In this document: one piece after another, positions 8,231 through 17,250 of the stretch
Layout: each line of letters begins with the position of its first letter
Numbering within the stretch: position 1 is the stretch's first letter
Source: a virus
Reading direction: 5' to 3' (one strand)
IMG/VR virus record: IMGVR_UViG_3300050821_002228
Length of the DNA: 64,000 nucleotides
Program-made: the position numbers and the translations under genes
Notes under the pieces: generated by a model
Seen by the model: the letters and a program-made list of their open reading frames with translations, nothing else
Told to the model about the DNA's origin: nothing
The model's database searches: none

Positions 8231-9922
8231 ATGGGCGCAGGTTCCGCGCTGGCCCGACTGTTCCGGCCACAACCCATCGCCGAAACCGCACCCGTCGAAG
8301 AGGCGAAAACCCCACCGCCGCAGGCGATCATGCCCGAATACACGGCAGCACAGATCCGCCGCAAAGGCTTCGAATTCGGCGTCCCGCTGACGTCGGAAAT
8401 GCCATCCGCCCAAATGGCGGCGACAGCCGAGCGGCAACAGATGTTGCAGCACCTCCACGACGCCTTCAACACCTGCACGTGGATGAGCGCGGCCATCAAC
8501 GTCATCGCACGCACCGTCACCGCTGGCGGCCTGGAGATCGTGCCAGACGACGACATCCCCGAGGACGAGGTCCCGGAGGAACCGCCGGAGGTGAAACGGC
8601 TGCGGCGGCTGGTGAAGTTCACCAACCCCACCGAGGACATGATCCAACTGCTGCGGATGGTCATCATCGACCTGATGCTGTTCGGTGACTCATACCTGGA
8701 GGTCATCCGGCTGTTCGGGGAACCCGTCGCCCTGTACCTGCTCGATGCCACCACCATGACGGTGATCAGCGATCAGCACGGCGAGGTGACCGGGTACCGG
8801 CAGGACGTGGACGGGCTGCGTCAGGCGTCGTTCAACGTCGAGGACGTCATCCACATCAGCCTCGACGCCCCACGCGGCGGCCTGTACGGCACGTCACCGG
8901 CACAGTTGGCGCTGTTGCCGACCACCGCATGGATCTTCACCATGGCCACGATCCAGGAGACGTTCCGCAGGGGCGACCCGCCCCGTATTCACGTGGATCT
9001 GGCCCACTATGAGGACAACGATGTCCAACGCTGGCGCGAACAGCACCAGGTGTACAACATGGGCCCGAAGGCTGTGGGCAACCCGCTGATCACCACCGGC
9101 GGCGGTGTGATCACCGTGTTGGACAACCGGAAGGTCACGGACTATCTGGACGCTGCCCGGGACCTGCGGGATCAGATCATTGCCTCGTTCGGTGTGCCAC
9201 CGGCGAAGGTCGGGATCATCGAAACCGGCAACATCGGCGGCGGTTCGGGTGAGGCACAGAACAAGTCTTTCCAGGTCAACACCATCATCCCTATTGCCAA
9301 CCTGTTGTTGGAGAAGTTGAACTATCACCTGGTGATGTCCGGGTTCGGGATCACCGGGTGGCATCTGGAGTTCGCCGAGGTTGACTTCCGCGATTCACAA
9401 ACCGTTGAGAATGTGCGGGAGACACGGCTGAAGAACGGCGCCTACTCCGTCAACGACTGGCGGGCGGAGATTGGGAAGCCCCCGATCGATGGTGGTGACA
9501 TCAACATCATCGAGACCCGTCAGGGCATTGTGGCGTGGGACGACATGGAGGCCATGTCGAAGGCGTCTATCGGGAACAAGGCGGCACCGCTGACAGCGGC
9601 AGGTGTCAACGGCTACGTGCCGGGGTTGCCGGACGCCGAGGAACCGGAACCGCCACAGTTGCCGCCTATGGCCGCTGCGATGGCGTTGGCGGGCGGGAAA
9701 CCGGGTGTGGCGCCGGTTCCGGACATGAAACCGAATGCGCCGCGCAGTCCTGAGGATCAGCCGGGTCTGTCGGGTGACGCCACACAGGGCACGCCGCCGA
9801 AGGAAACGGCGTACGGGCGCGATACGCGGGCGTTGAGCGAGTCGTGGGAGCGGTCGTACCGGGCACGGCGGAAAGCGGCGCTGAAGGCGCTGCCGGGGCC
9901 GGGAAGGGGCCATCGTGTGTAG
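8231..9922 (+). CDS. Portal protein (HK97-like family, 563 aa)
   Basis: AGGAGG RBS before ATG 8231. LMLFGDSYLEV, EDVIHI, LYGTSP, IIASFGVPPAKVG and SVNDWRAEIGKPPIDGGD motifs. Follows terL in the virion gene order. Confidence 0.9.
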   Translation: MGAGSALARLFRPQPIAETAPVEEAKTPPPQAIMPEYTAAQIRRKGFEFGVPLTSEMPSAQMAATAERQQMLQHLHDAFNTCTWMSAAINVIARTVTAGGLEIVPDDDIPEDEVPEEPPEVKRLRRLVKFTNPTEDMIQLLRMVIIDLMLFGDSYLEVIRLFGEPVALYLLDATTMTVISDQHGEVTGYRQDVDGLRQASFNVEDVIHISLDAPRGGLYGTSPAQLALLPTTAWIFTMATIQETFRRGDPPRIHVDLAHYEDNDVQRWREQHQVYNMGPKAVGNPLITTGGGVITVLDNRKVTDYLDAARDLRDQIIASFGVPPAKVGIIETGNIGGGSGEAQNKSFQVNTIIPIANLLLEKLNYHLVMSGFGITGWHLEFAEVDFRDSQTVENVRETRLKNGAYSVNDWRAEIGKPPIDGGDINIIETRQGIVAWDDMEAMSKASIGNKAAPLTAAGVNGYVPGLPDAEEPEPPQLPPMAAAMALAGGKPGVAPVPDMKPNAPRSPEDQPGLSGDATQGTPPKETAYGRDTRALSESWERSYRARRKAALKALPGPGRGHRV

Positions 9923-10008
9923 TGGGCACGCGTTGCGGGCGGCGGATGTTCTGCCGCTCATTCCAAAGATCATTGCGTAGCCCTGCGGGGCAGTGAGGAG
10001 ACCCAACC

Positions 10009-10686
10009 ATGGGTCAGGCACAGACGCCGTATGCAGCGGCAACCAATGTCATTACCCCCGGCGTCCTCAACGTGGACAGCGTCAACTCCGGCGTGGCAGC
10101 CAACGTCAACCAGTTTGCCGGGCCGGTGTCGCTGCTGTCGGGCGGTACGAAGGCGTGGATGTACCAGTACCTTGAGCCGACGGGCACGAAGGCGTCGAGC
10201 ATTGACGGCCGTATGTCGGCAACGGGCACGTCCACGGTCGCGACCTCCGGCACCGTCGTGGCGTTCGCGATCCCGATCGAGGCCGGTCTGCTGATCTCCA
10301 ACATGACCCTGGTGTCTATTGCTGCTGAGGCGACGGGCACGCATGCGTGGGTGGGTATCGCCAACAGCGCCGGTACGGTCCTGGGTGTCAGCGCCGACAA
10401 CACCGGTGCGGCGTATTTCGCCGCTAACACCGTCACCACCACGGCTATCGCTACGCCGTTCACCACCACCTACACCGGCTTCTACTACGCCTTTGTGAAC
10501 GTGACGGCAACGACTGTTCCGACGTTCGCTGCTGCCCCGGCGTTGACGCATGCGGCTATCGCCACGGTGGCGCCTATCTACTGTGGTACGGCGTTGACTG
10601 GCCAGACGACGCCGGTTGCGGTGGGTTCGTCGTTGGGCACGATCACCCCGACGACGAACCACCAGATCTACACGTACCTGACGTAA
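10009..10686 (+). CDS. Probable minor virion protein (Thr/Ala-rich beta domain)
   Basis: GAGGAG RBS; visibly paralogous to the C-terminal domain of 13617..15416. Confidence 0.6.
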   Translation: MGQAQTPYAAATNVITPGVLNVDSVNSGVAANVNQFAGPVSLLSGGTKAWMYQYLEPTGTKASSIDGRMSATGTSTVATSGTVVAFAIPIEAGLLISNMTLVSIAAEATGTHAWVGIANSAGTVLGVSADNTGAAYFAANTVTTTAIATPFTTTYTGFYYAFVNVTATTVPTFAAAPALTHAAIATVAPIYCGTALTGQTTPVAVGSSLGTITPTTNHQIYTYLT

Positions 10687-10702
10687 GATCGGGAACGAAA
10701 AC

Positions 10703-10734
10703 GGCCCCTCGTCTGCGGCAACAGGCTAGGGGCC
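10703..10734 (+). promoter_or_regulatory. Leader hairpin or terminator upstream of the endonuclease VII gene
   Basis: GGCCCCT...AGGGGCC stem with a TGCGGCAACA apex, preceded by GAAAA. Confidence 0.5.
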
Positions 10735-10754
10735 AGCCGATCACCGAGGAGACG

Positions 10755-11228
10755 GTGTCCGACATGGCTAAGCCTACGTGTAATACCAAGGGGTGCCGTG
10801 CCCCGGCGTCTGTTGCTGGGTTGTGCTCGTATCACTTTCGTGAACAGTCGTTTGTTGATTCAGTACCGCAGTATCCGGCGTCCGATCCGGAACCGGACTG
10901 CGTTCCCCGGACCATCGCTAAGACAGCCCACGGCAAGTACGGGCTAACGGATGAAGCGTATAGCCGGTTGTGGTCAGAACAACGTGGCACGTGCGGTATC
11001 TGCCGCCGGGAGTTCACTGACGAACGCCGACCATGCATTGATCACAACCACCGTACGGGGCATGTGCGCGGGATCCTTTGCGTGGCGTGCAACACGGGTC
11101 TGGGGCATCTGGGGGATACAACCGCGCGGGTTCGGCGTGCGTACGAGTACCTGCGGGATGCTGACGAACGGAACCGCGTGGCACCCCCGAACCAGGTCAA
11201 GCCCCGCCGGAAGCGCACAAAGCGTTGA
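10755..11228 (+). CDS. Endonuclease VII-family (His-Me finger) endonuclease
   Basis: YGLT..Y..L..EQ.G.CGIC...IDHNH.TG.VRGILC..CN.GLG signature. Confidence 0.9.
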   Translation: MSDMAKPTCNTKGCRAPASVAGLCSYHFREQSFVDSVPQYPASDPEPDCVPRTIAKTAHGKYGLTDEAYSRLWSEQRGTCGICRREFTDERRPCIDHNHRTGHVRGILCVACNTGLGHLGDTTARVRRAYEYLRDADERNRVAPPNQVKPRRKRTKR

Positions 11229-11454
11229 AACGGACATCTTAGACACGCCCACCGGCCGGACAACACGTCCGCGCTACCAATACCGGGTCTGACGTCGCGT
11301 GAACGAGTGGGAGCATGCGCGCCAGCACCTTTTACACGTGGTTCCGGGTCGGTGTAGGCCATTCTCCGGCCCGGAACCACCACCACCCGGCCACAGCCCA
11401 ACGCTGTGACCTGCGACGACTTACACTCCCCCACCGTCCGGGAAGGACGCTGCT

Positions 11455-13257
11455 GTGACTGCCGCAGAGCCATATGTGGTTACCACCGAACGGTTCATCC
11501 CCGGACCGACGTACCTAGACCAGGTCACCGCCAACTCCATCAGCATCGGTGGCGCACCCGTCAACAACACCACCTACACCAACACCGCGCAGGTCGGTCA
11601 GGTCGGGGTAGCGAACACCGCCGCCGGATCCACCTACCAGTCCGTAGTCAACGCCGGGGCGTGGGTGTTCGACGTCCGCACCTTCGGCGCCGTCGGCGAC
11701 GGGCAGTGCGGCACCGATGGGCAGATCACGTCCGGCCACAACGTCCTCACATCCCCGTCCGGCCCGTTCAAACGGTCGGATGTGGGAAAGGCCATCCAGA
11801 TCAAGAACGCGCTGACGTCCGGCGCCACCACCCTCGTCACCACCATCACCGGCTACACGTCGGCAACCACGGTGACGATCGGCGCCAACGCCACCAACAC
11901 CATCGCGTCCGGCGGCCGGTTCCTCTGGGCCACCGACGACACCGCAGCGATTCAGGGATGTATCAACGAGGCGTTCTCGTACGCTCAGCAGTACGGCGTG
12001 GCCGTGATCTGGATCCCGCCTGCTGCCGGGTTGTTCTACGGCATTGCCGGTGCCCTGTCTGCTGGCGGCACGAACCAGGCCAACGGGCAGTTGACTATCC
12101 CGATTAACCCGCGTGTGGCGGGTAAGGCGGTGAACAACAAGGTTGTTTTGTGGTTCCTGGGTGCTACTGACGGCGGTACCACCCGGCATTGGGAACAGTT
12201 GGTTCCGCAGATGGGCGGTTCCACCCTCGTCAGCTTCGGCGTGTTCGCCAATGCCACGGCGCAGACCAACGCTCTCAACGCCAACGGGTCGGCGGCGGTG
12301 ATCAGCGGTCAGACGGGTGCGAACGGTTGGGGCGGGAGCACGTTGCAGTACAACAACGTGCTTGTCAGGTTCCAGAACATGCAGATCTACACCACGCATT
12401 CGGCGAACGGCTGGACGTACAGCGCGCTGAACCTGCATGGTGTGGCGGCTGCCGCTTTGGAGAATTTCGGGTACGGCACCACCGGTGTGTACGCCGATAA
12501 CGATTTCAACAACCCGAACGGGTTCTCCGCCGGGTTGAGTATCGGTGTTCTGCTGCCGTCCGCCGGGAACAACGACAACAATGTGATGAACAATGTGGTT
12601 TGTCACGGCGGCTATACGCGGGGGTTGTTTATGACTGAGCACACTGTCTGGAAGGGCGGTGTGATGCTGTATTGCTGGTCGGGTATCTGCCCGGTCGGTA
12701 ATTATGGCGACGGCGGTAGCGGTGTCGGCGCATCCCACGGTATGGATCTTGAGCAGATCTCGATTGAGGGCTGCAATCAGGACATGGAGATCATCGGTCC
12801 TGGGCAGTCGGGTATTGGTCCGATGCTGTCAGGGTCTTTCGACACTGAGGGTGCGTCGGTGATCCGGGACAACACGTCCGGGATGGTCGCCGCATGTGGC
12901 GTGGTGCATTTGAAGGGCAACGGCGGGACACCGCCGACGCTGGGCGCGGGCACCCCGCTGGATGTGATCTGTGATTTTCAGTTCCCGGGGCTGGCATCCT
13001 CACCGCCTGCCCTGACGATCAACACGGCGATCATGAACCCGTACGGCCGGTACGTGAACGTCACCCTAGCGGGCGGCACCGTCACCTCCATTCAGGTATC
13101 GGCGCTACGCGGCGGACCATCGGCACCGACGATGTCCACCGTCTACTCGCAGGCATCCGGCACGCTGGCGCCGCTGATGGTGCGTGTGGGGCCGCAGGCG
13201 TGGATTCAGATCAACGGCACCGTGACGCCGACGACCGCGACATGGTTTCTGGAGTAG
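11455..13257 (+). CDS. Beta-helix (pectate lyase-3-like) spike or depolymerase 1
   Basis: FDVRTFGAVGDG and TDDTAAIQGCI motifs; G/N/T-rich beta-helix repeats. Confidence 0.75.
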   Translation: MTAAEPYVVTTERFIPGPTYLDQVTANSISIGGAPVNNTTYTNTAQVGQVGVANTAAGSTYQSVVNAGAWVFDVRTFGAVGDGQCGTDGQITSGHNVLTSPSGPFKRSDVGKAIQIKNALTSGATTLVTTITGYTSATTVTIGANATNTIASGGRFLWATDDTAAIQGCINEAFSYAQQYGVAVIWIPPAAGLFYGIAGALSAGGTNQANGQLTIPINPRVAGKAVNNKVVLWFLGATDGGTTRHWEQLVPQMGGSTLVSFGVFANATAQTNALNANGSAAVISGQTGANGWGGSTLQYNNVLVRFQNMQIYTTHSANGWTYSALNLHGVAAAALENFGYGTTGVYADNDFNNPNGFSAGLSIGVLLPSAGNNDNNVMNNVVCHGGYTRGLFMTEHTVWKGGVMLYCWSGICPVGNYGDGGSGVGASHGMDLEQISIEGCNQDMEIIGPGQSGIGPMLSGSFDTEGASVIRDNTSGMVAACGVVHLKGNGGTPPTLGAGTPLDVICDFQFPGLASSPPALTINTAIMNPYGRYVNVTLAGGTVTSIQVSALRGGPSAPTMSTVYSQASGTLAPLMVRVGPQAWIQINGTVTPTTATWFLE

Positions 13258-13267
13258 GGGATGGTTC

Positions 13268-13603
13268 ATGCCGCTGCCGGGTGACCTGAACACGATCACG
13301 GTGACGGGCACGTTTAAGGACGTTCGGGGGAACGTGGCATCGGGTACGGTCACGTTCACCCCGTCCGTGGTGCCGTTGATCGACAACGTGGGGCATGTGG
13401 TCGTGGACGGCCCGACAGTGGCGACACTCAACGGCTCCGGTCAGATCTCAACGGTGTTGGCGTGCACCGACAACGCCAACCTGTCGGCGTTCACCTACAC
13501 CATCTCGCCCACCATCAACGGCGCACAGACGGCGTCGTACCCGGCTAAGTCCGTTCCGCATTCGCTGGGATCAACTGTGGATTTGACGGCCCTGTTGCCG
13601 TAG
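13268..13603 (+). CDS. Stand-alone copy of the spike N-terminal attachment module
   Basis: MPLPGDLNTITVTGT...PHSLGSTVDL aligns end to end with the first ~115 aa of 13617..15416. Confidence 0.7.
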   Translation: MPLPGDLNTITVTGTFKDVRGNVASGTVTFTPSVVPLIDNVGHVVVDGPTVATLNGSGQISTVLACTDNANLSAFTYTISPTINGAQTASYPAKSVPHSLGSTVDLTALLP

Positions 13604-13616
13604 GGAAGGACCGTCT

Positions 13617-15416
13617 ATGCCGCTGCCAGGCGATATCAACACCATCACGGTGACCGGTACATACCTGAACCCGTCGGGTACGGCTATGTCCGGGACGGTC
13701 ACGTTCGCGCCGTCTACCCCGATCCTGGTGGATACTGTCGGCGCGGTTCTGCTGGGCGGTATCGGGACCACGGTGGCGCTGAACGCCTCCGGCGCGTTCT
13801 CCGTGGTTCTGCCGTGTACCGGCCAGTTGACGCCGTCTAACTGGTCGTGGACGGTCACGGAGACCATCGCGGGTATGTCGCCCCGGTCGTACAGCATCAA
13901 CATCCCGCATTCGCTGGGTTCCACTGTTGATATTTCGACCCTGTCACCGATCGTGCCCGCCAGTATCACCGTGTCCTCTCCGGCGTGGCTGAACGTCATG
14001 TCGTACGGCGCTACCGGCAACGGCACCACCGATGACACGGCGGCGATCAAGAACGCTATGGCGGCGGTACCGGCGAACGGCGGCACCGTGTACTTCCCGC
14101 CCGGGTCGTACCTGATCTCCTCGACGCTGACAGTGTCCACGACCGGGACCACGTTCCAGGGTGACGGCTGGGGTTCACAGATCCGGTATGACGGCACAGT
14201 AGTGACCCCGGCTATCAACGCCTCAGCGAACATCCGTGTCAACGCCCGGTGGCTGCGTCTGTCACAGACCAACGCCACCACCACCGGCGTCGCTATCGAC
14301 GCATCCAACTTCAACATGTCGGTGTTGGAGATGCTGCTGATTGACGGCGGCGGCGCGTCGGGTGTGGCACCGAACACCGGTATTCTGATGAACGCCTCCA
14401 CCTGCCACTACAACCAGGTTCGTGCGTGCCGGATCAGCTACGGCGGGGCGTCATCGAAGGGCATCTCGATCACCGGCGGTTCGCATTCCAACAGCATCAT
14501 CGATTGCCGGATGCTGCCGCAGACAGACGACGCCGCATCGTCGGGTGTCTACATCACCAACTCGCATTCCACCAACATTGTTCATGCCGATGTTGAGGCT
14601 GGTTCCGGTAACGGCATCTTCCTCGACACGGCCGCGCATTCGACCACTATCACTGGCGGCTACGCGGACACGATGAACATCGGTTTGAAGATCTCGTCCG
14701 GTGTGATTGCCCCGATGATTGTGGGCGGTACCTGGCAGAACGGGTCCACGGCTAACGTTCAGAACAACGGGGCGGTTGCGCCGGTGTTCCAGAACATGTG
14801 GCCGAACAGCGGCACGACCACGTACAACCATGTGGAGATGCCGAACACCGACCTGTACACGGTCAACGGGGTGCAGGTGCCCGGCAACCACTACTTCGGT
14901 TCGGATCTCGGCCTGATCGCATGGACGTTCGATCCGGCGATAACGTCGGGTTCTGCGTCGGCGGTGTCGGGGACGGTGTTCCTGGCGCAGGTGGTGTTGC
15001 GGTACGCGCAGACGATCAACAAACTGTCGGTGGCTATCGCGACCGGCGCGGCGACGGTGACGGCGAACCAAAACTTCCTCGGCCTGTACACCGCCGCAGG
15101 GACCCGTGTGGCGGTCACGGCGGCTGGGGCTATCGATGCGGCGATTACGTCGGCTGGGAACCTGATGCAGGCTGTGGTGACGCCGTATGCAGCAGCGGCC
15201 GGGACGTATTGGGTGGCGTATCTGAACAACGCGACCACGGCGGCGTTGTTGCAGCGCGGGACCGGCGCTACCCTGTCGGTTTCGAACGTTGGTCTTACCG
15301 GGGCGTCGATGCGGTATGCGGTGAACGGCACTGCCCAAACCACCCTTCCGGCGTCGATTACCCCGGCGTCGAACTCGGCGACCAACGCGTTTCCGATGTG
15401 GGCTGCGGTCGGGTAG
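13617..15416 (+). CDS. Beta-helix (pectate lyase-3-like) spike or depolymerase 2
   Basis: LNVMSYGATGNGTTDDTAAIKNA..GGTVYFPPGSY glycanase-like motif, between N- and C-terminal modules shared with neighbouring genes. Confidence 0.8.
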   Translation: MPLPGDINTITVTGTYLNPSGTAMSGTVTFAPSTPILVDTVGAVLLGGIGTTVALNASGAFSVVLPCTGQLTPSNWSWTVTETIAGMSPRSYSINIPHSLGSTVDISTLSPIVPASITVSSPAWLNVMSYGATGNGTTDDTAAIKNAMAAVPANGGTVYFPPGSYLISSTLTVSTTGTTFQGDGWGSQIRYDGTVVTPAINASANIRVNARWLRLSQTNATTTGVAIDASNFNMSVLEMLLIDGGGASGVAPNTGILMNASTCHYNQVRACRISYGGASSKGISITGGSHSNSIIDCRMLPQTDDAASSGVYITNSHSTNIVHADVEAGSGNGIFLDTAAHSTTITGGYADTMNIGLKISSGVIAPMIVGGTWQNGSTANVQNNGAVAPVFQNMWPNSGTTTYNHVEMPNTDLYTVNGVQVPGNHYFGSDLGLIAWTFDPAITSGSASAVSGTVFLAQVVLRYAQTINKLSVAIATGAATVTANQNFLGLYTAAGTRVAVTAAGAIDAAITSAGNLMQAVVTPYAAAAGTYWVAYLNNATTAALLQRGTGATLSVSNVGLTGASMRYAVNGTAQTTLPASITPASNSATNAFPMWAAVG

Positions 15417-15425
15417 GGGGATGGT

Positions 15426-15716
15426 ATGACGTTGGTGAATGGTCAGCCGCCGGACGGCACGGTGTGGCTGGATGACGGCCACAATCACGGGTATGTGCCG
15501 GTGACGGCGCATGACCGGGATGAGGTGGTGGCGATCAACGAGTTTCACCGGGCTGGGGACGGCTGGTGTTACGGGTTTGTCGCGTTCCGTTCGTACAGTC
15601 CTGAACACGGCTGGGATGTGCTGTCCATGGATCCGTTGACTCTGTCGCCGTCGTTGCTGTGCCGGGCGTGTGGGAACCACGGGTTCATCCGTGACGGGGT
15701 GTGGGTGGCGGCGTAG
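15426..15716 (+). CDS. DUF6527-like protein
   Basis: C-terminal PLTLSPSLLCRACGNHGFIRDGVW matches the recalled family motif. Confidence 0.65.
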   Translation: MTLVNGQPPDGTVWLDDGHNHGYVPVTAHDRDEVVAINEFHRAGDGWCYGFVAFRSYSPEHGWDVLSMDPLTLSPSLLCRACGNHGFIRDGVWVAA

Positions 15717-15734
15717 TGGGTACCGTAGGGCTCT

Positions 15735-15944
15735 ATGGAGTACATGCAGGCACATGAGATCGCGACAATGAACAAGGTTCCGGTGCGGCGTACGTCGTGG
15801 CCGCAGGGGCATCATGCAGTGCATGTTGCGGAGAACCGGTGGCGGTTGCACACGGATCATCCGACGCCGCAGGATTGGGTGCCGTCGGAGGCTGATCAGA
15901 ACGCGAAGGACTGGGAGCAGCACGTTCCGCCGCATCAGGCGTAG
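15735..15944 (+). CDS. DUF2829/Tad2-like small protein (candidate immune-signal sponge)
   Basis: N-terminal A..I....VPVRRTSW and C-terminal WVPSEADQNAKDW match the family pattern R..W...WxPSxxDxxAxDW. Confidence 0.6.
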   Translation: MEYMQAHEIATMNKVPVRRTSWPQGHHAVHVAENRWRLHTDHPTPQDWVPSEADQNAKDWEQHVPPHQA

Positions 15945-15952
15945 GTCAAGGT

Positions 15953-15995
15953 GCGGATACCCGCCGGGCACGCGTCAGTGTCGGCGGGTATCCGC
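15953..15995 (+). terminator. Strong hairpin after the Tad2-like gene
   Basis: GCGGATACCCGCCG/CGGCGGGTATCCGC perfect 14-bp stem. Confidence 0.7.
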
Positions 15996-16049
15996 TAGGC
16001 GCCTGGAGTGGGGTCCTGCGCCTTGTGAGACTGTACCTGGAGGTGTGTG

Positions 16050-16220
16050 GTGTTTGCTGTGATCGCTGCGGTTCTGTTCGGTGTGGCGTTCGTCCTGAAC
16101 GGCGCCGGGTCGCATACCAACGTGTGGTTGTCGCCGATGTCGCTTCTGTTGCTGGGGTTGGCGTCGTTGGCGCTTCACATCGCCGGTGTGGGGTCTGGGG
16201 TACGCATCACTCGCGGCTGA
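16050..16220 (+). CDS. Small two-TM membrane protein (56 aa; not in the ORF track)
   Basis: GGAGG RBS, GTG start; MFAVIAAVLFGVAFVLNG...MSLLLLGLASLALHIAG. Confidence 0.65.
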   Translation: MFAVIAAVLFGVAFVLNGAGSHTNVWLSPMSLLLLGLASLALHIAGVGSGVRITRG

Positions 16221-16261
16221 GTTAGGATCACGCTAGTACTGCCCGTGATGGGCGGTTTCCT

Positions 16262-16621
16262 GTGATGGGAGCTGGCGTGATGCCGAAGGAACAGATCAAC
16301 TTTCCGCAGTGGCGGAAGCATGGGCATGGGCTGCCGGGGACGTCCGGTTCTGATGAGGACGCGACGGCTGAGATCGACGACGTGTTGGTTGTGCGGTGGC
16401 ACGACAACTCGTTGGTCGGGGGTTATGTGCAGATGGCGTTGGTGTCGCAGGAGCCGATGCCGTGGGCGGATTTTGAGGCGGCGGGTGTGGATGTGCATCC
16501 GGGTCCGGTGATGAACACGGAAACGGAACGGTTCATGCCGGTGTTGTCGCGGTCTGACATCAACCGTCTGATCAAGGTGTTGCGGCGGGCGCGGGACAGC
16601 GCATATGGACGTGACGAATAG
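16262..16621 (+). CDS. Hypothetical protein
   Basis: 119-aa ORF ending LSRSDINRLIKVLRRARDSAYGRDE, directly before the tRNA array. Confidence 0.6.
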   Translation: MMGAGVMPKEQINFPQWRKHGHGLPGTSGSDEDATAEIDDVLVVRWHDNSLVGGYVQMALVSQEPMPWADFEAAGVDVHPGPVMNTETERFMPVLSRSDINRLIKVLRRARDSAYGRDE

Positions 16622-16723
16622 CACCGTACAGGGTTAGCATTGCGGTACCGGAAAGGACAGGGTTCGATCCCCTGCCGGGCGCCTCGGCTCCTGGTGGTGT
16701 ACGGGATGCACGTTCCGGAGAAT

Positions 16724-16797
16724 GGGTCCGTAGCTCCAATTGGAAGAGCGGCTGTTTTGCAAACAGCAGGTTGTGGGTTCGAGTCCCACCGGTTCCA
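16724..16797 (+). tRNA. tRNA-Ala(TGC)
   Basis: Full cloverleaf; GCTGT-TTTGCAA-ACAGC; G3:U70 alanine identity pair; U4:U69 mismatch; no CCA. Confidence 0.9.
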
Positions 16798-16856
16798 CTG
16801 CCTGATAGGCGGTGTCTGGTACTTCACGGGCACATGCACCGTCTAGAGGGCAGCCA

Positions 16857-16930
16857 CGGCGTGTGGCCTAGTTGGTAAGGCACCTGATTTGGGATCAGGA
16901 GATGCGCAGGTTCGAGTCCTGCTACGCCGA
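16857..16930 (+). tRNA. tRNA-Pro(TGG)
   Basis: CGGCGTG/TACGCCG acceptor; CCTGA-TTTGGGA-TCAGG; canonical T-arm; A73. Confidence 0.95.
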
Positions 16931-16934
16931 CGTT

Positions 16935-17019
16935 GGAGAGGTGGCAGAGCGGTAATGCGACGCGTTGCTAGCGCGATGCCCGGGGCAACCCGGCCGGGGT
17001 TCGATCCCTCGTCTCTCCG
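16935..17019 (+). tRNA. tRNA-Ser(GCT)
   Basis: GGAGAGG/TCTCTCC acceptor, G73, loop TTGCTAG, long variable arm. Confidence 0.9.
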
Positions 17020-17070
17020 CGTCCCCGCTGTGTGATCTTTTCTAGTCCTGGGAAACCCGCAGTGGGGCAT

Positions 17071-17151
17071 GGTAGGTACGCCAATGGTGGCAAACGCTCT
17101 CGAAAGGCGTGGCGGGTAACACCGTAGCGGGTTCGATTCCTGCACCTACCG
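17071..17151 (+). tRNA. tRNA-Ser(CGA), atypical D-arm
   Basis: GGTAGGT/ACCTACC acceptor, G73, ACGCT-CTCGAAA-GGCGT, long variable arm; A8-C9 and a 6-nt D-loop. Confidence 0.85.
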
Positions 17152-17163
17152 CTCGGTGTCGTT

Positions 17164-17246
17164 GGTAGGTCCGGCATTGGTGCGCTAAGCGGTCTTGAAA
17201 GCCGTGGCGTCTGACGGCGTTGGGGGTTCGAATCCCTCACCTACCG
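17164..17246 (+). tRNA. tRNA-Ser(TGA), atypical D-arm
   Basis: GGTAGGT/ACCTACC acceptor, G73, GCGGT-CTTGAAA-GCCGT, long variable arm; C8-C9. Confidence 0.85.
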
Positions 17247-17250
17247 CGAT

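Noticed and set aside
16600-16682. Possible eighth tRNA
   Set aside because: Only the T-arm is convincing; no 7-bp acceptor or 7-nt anticodon loop could be built. Kept only as a remnant under findings.
17021-17070. Hammerhead-like ribozyme in a tRNA spacer (GAAAC present)
   Set aside because: The CUGANGA core is missing.
17164-17246. tRNA with TGA in the anticodon loop as a selenocysteine or opal suppressor
   Set aside because: Anticodon TGA reads UCA (Ser). A suppressor or tRNA-Sec needs TCA, and the acceptor/T stems are 7/5, not 8/5.
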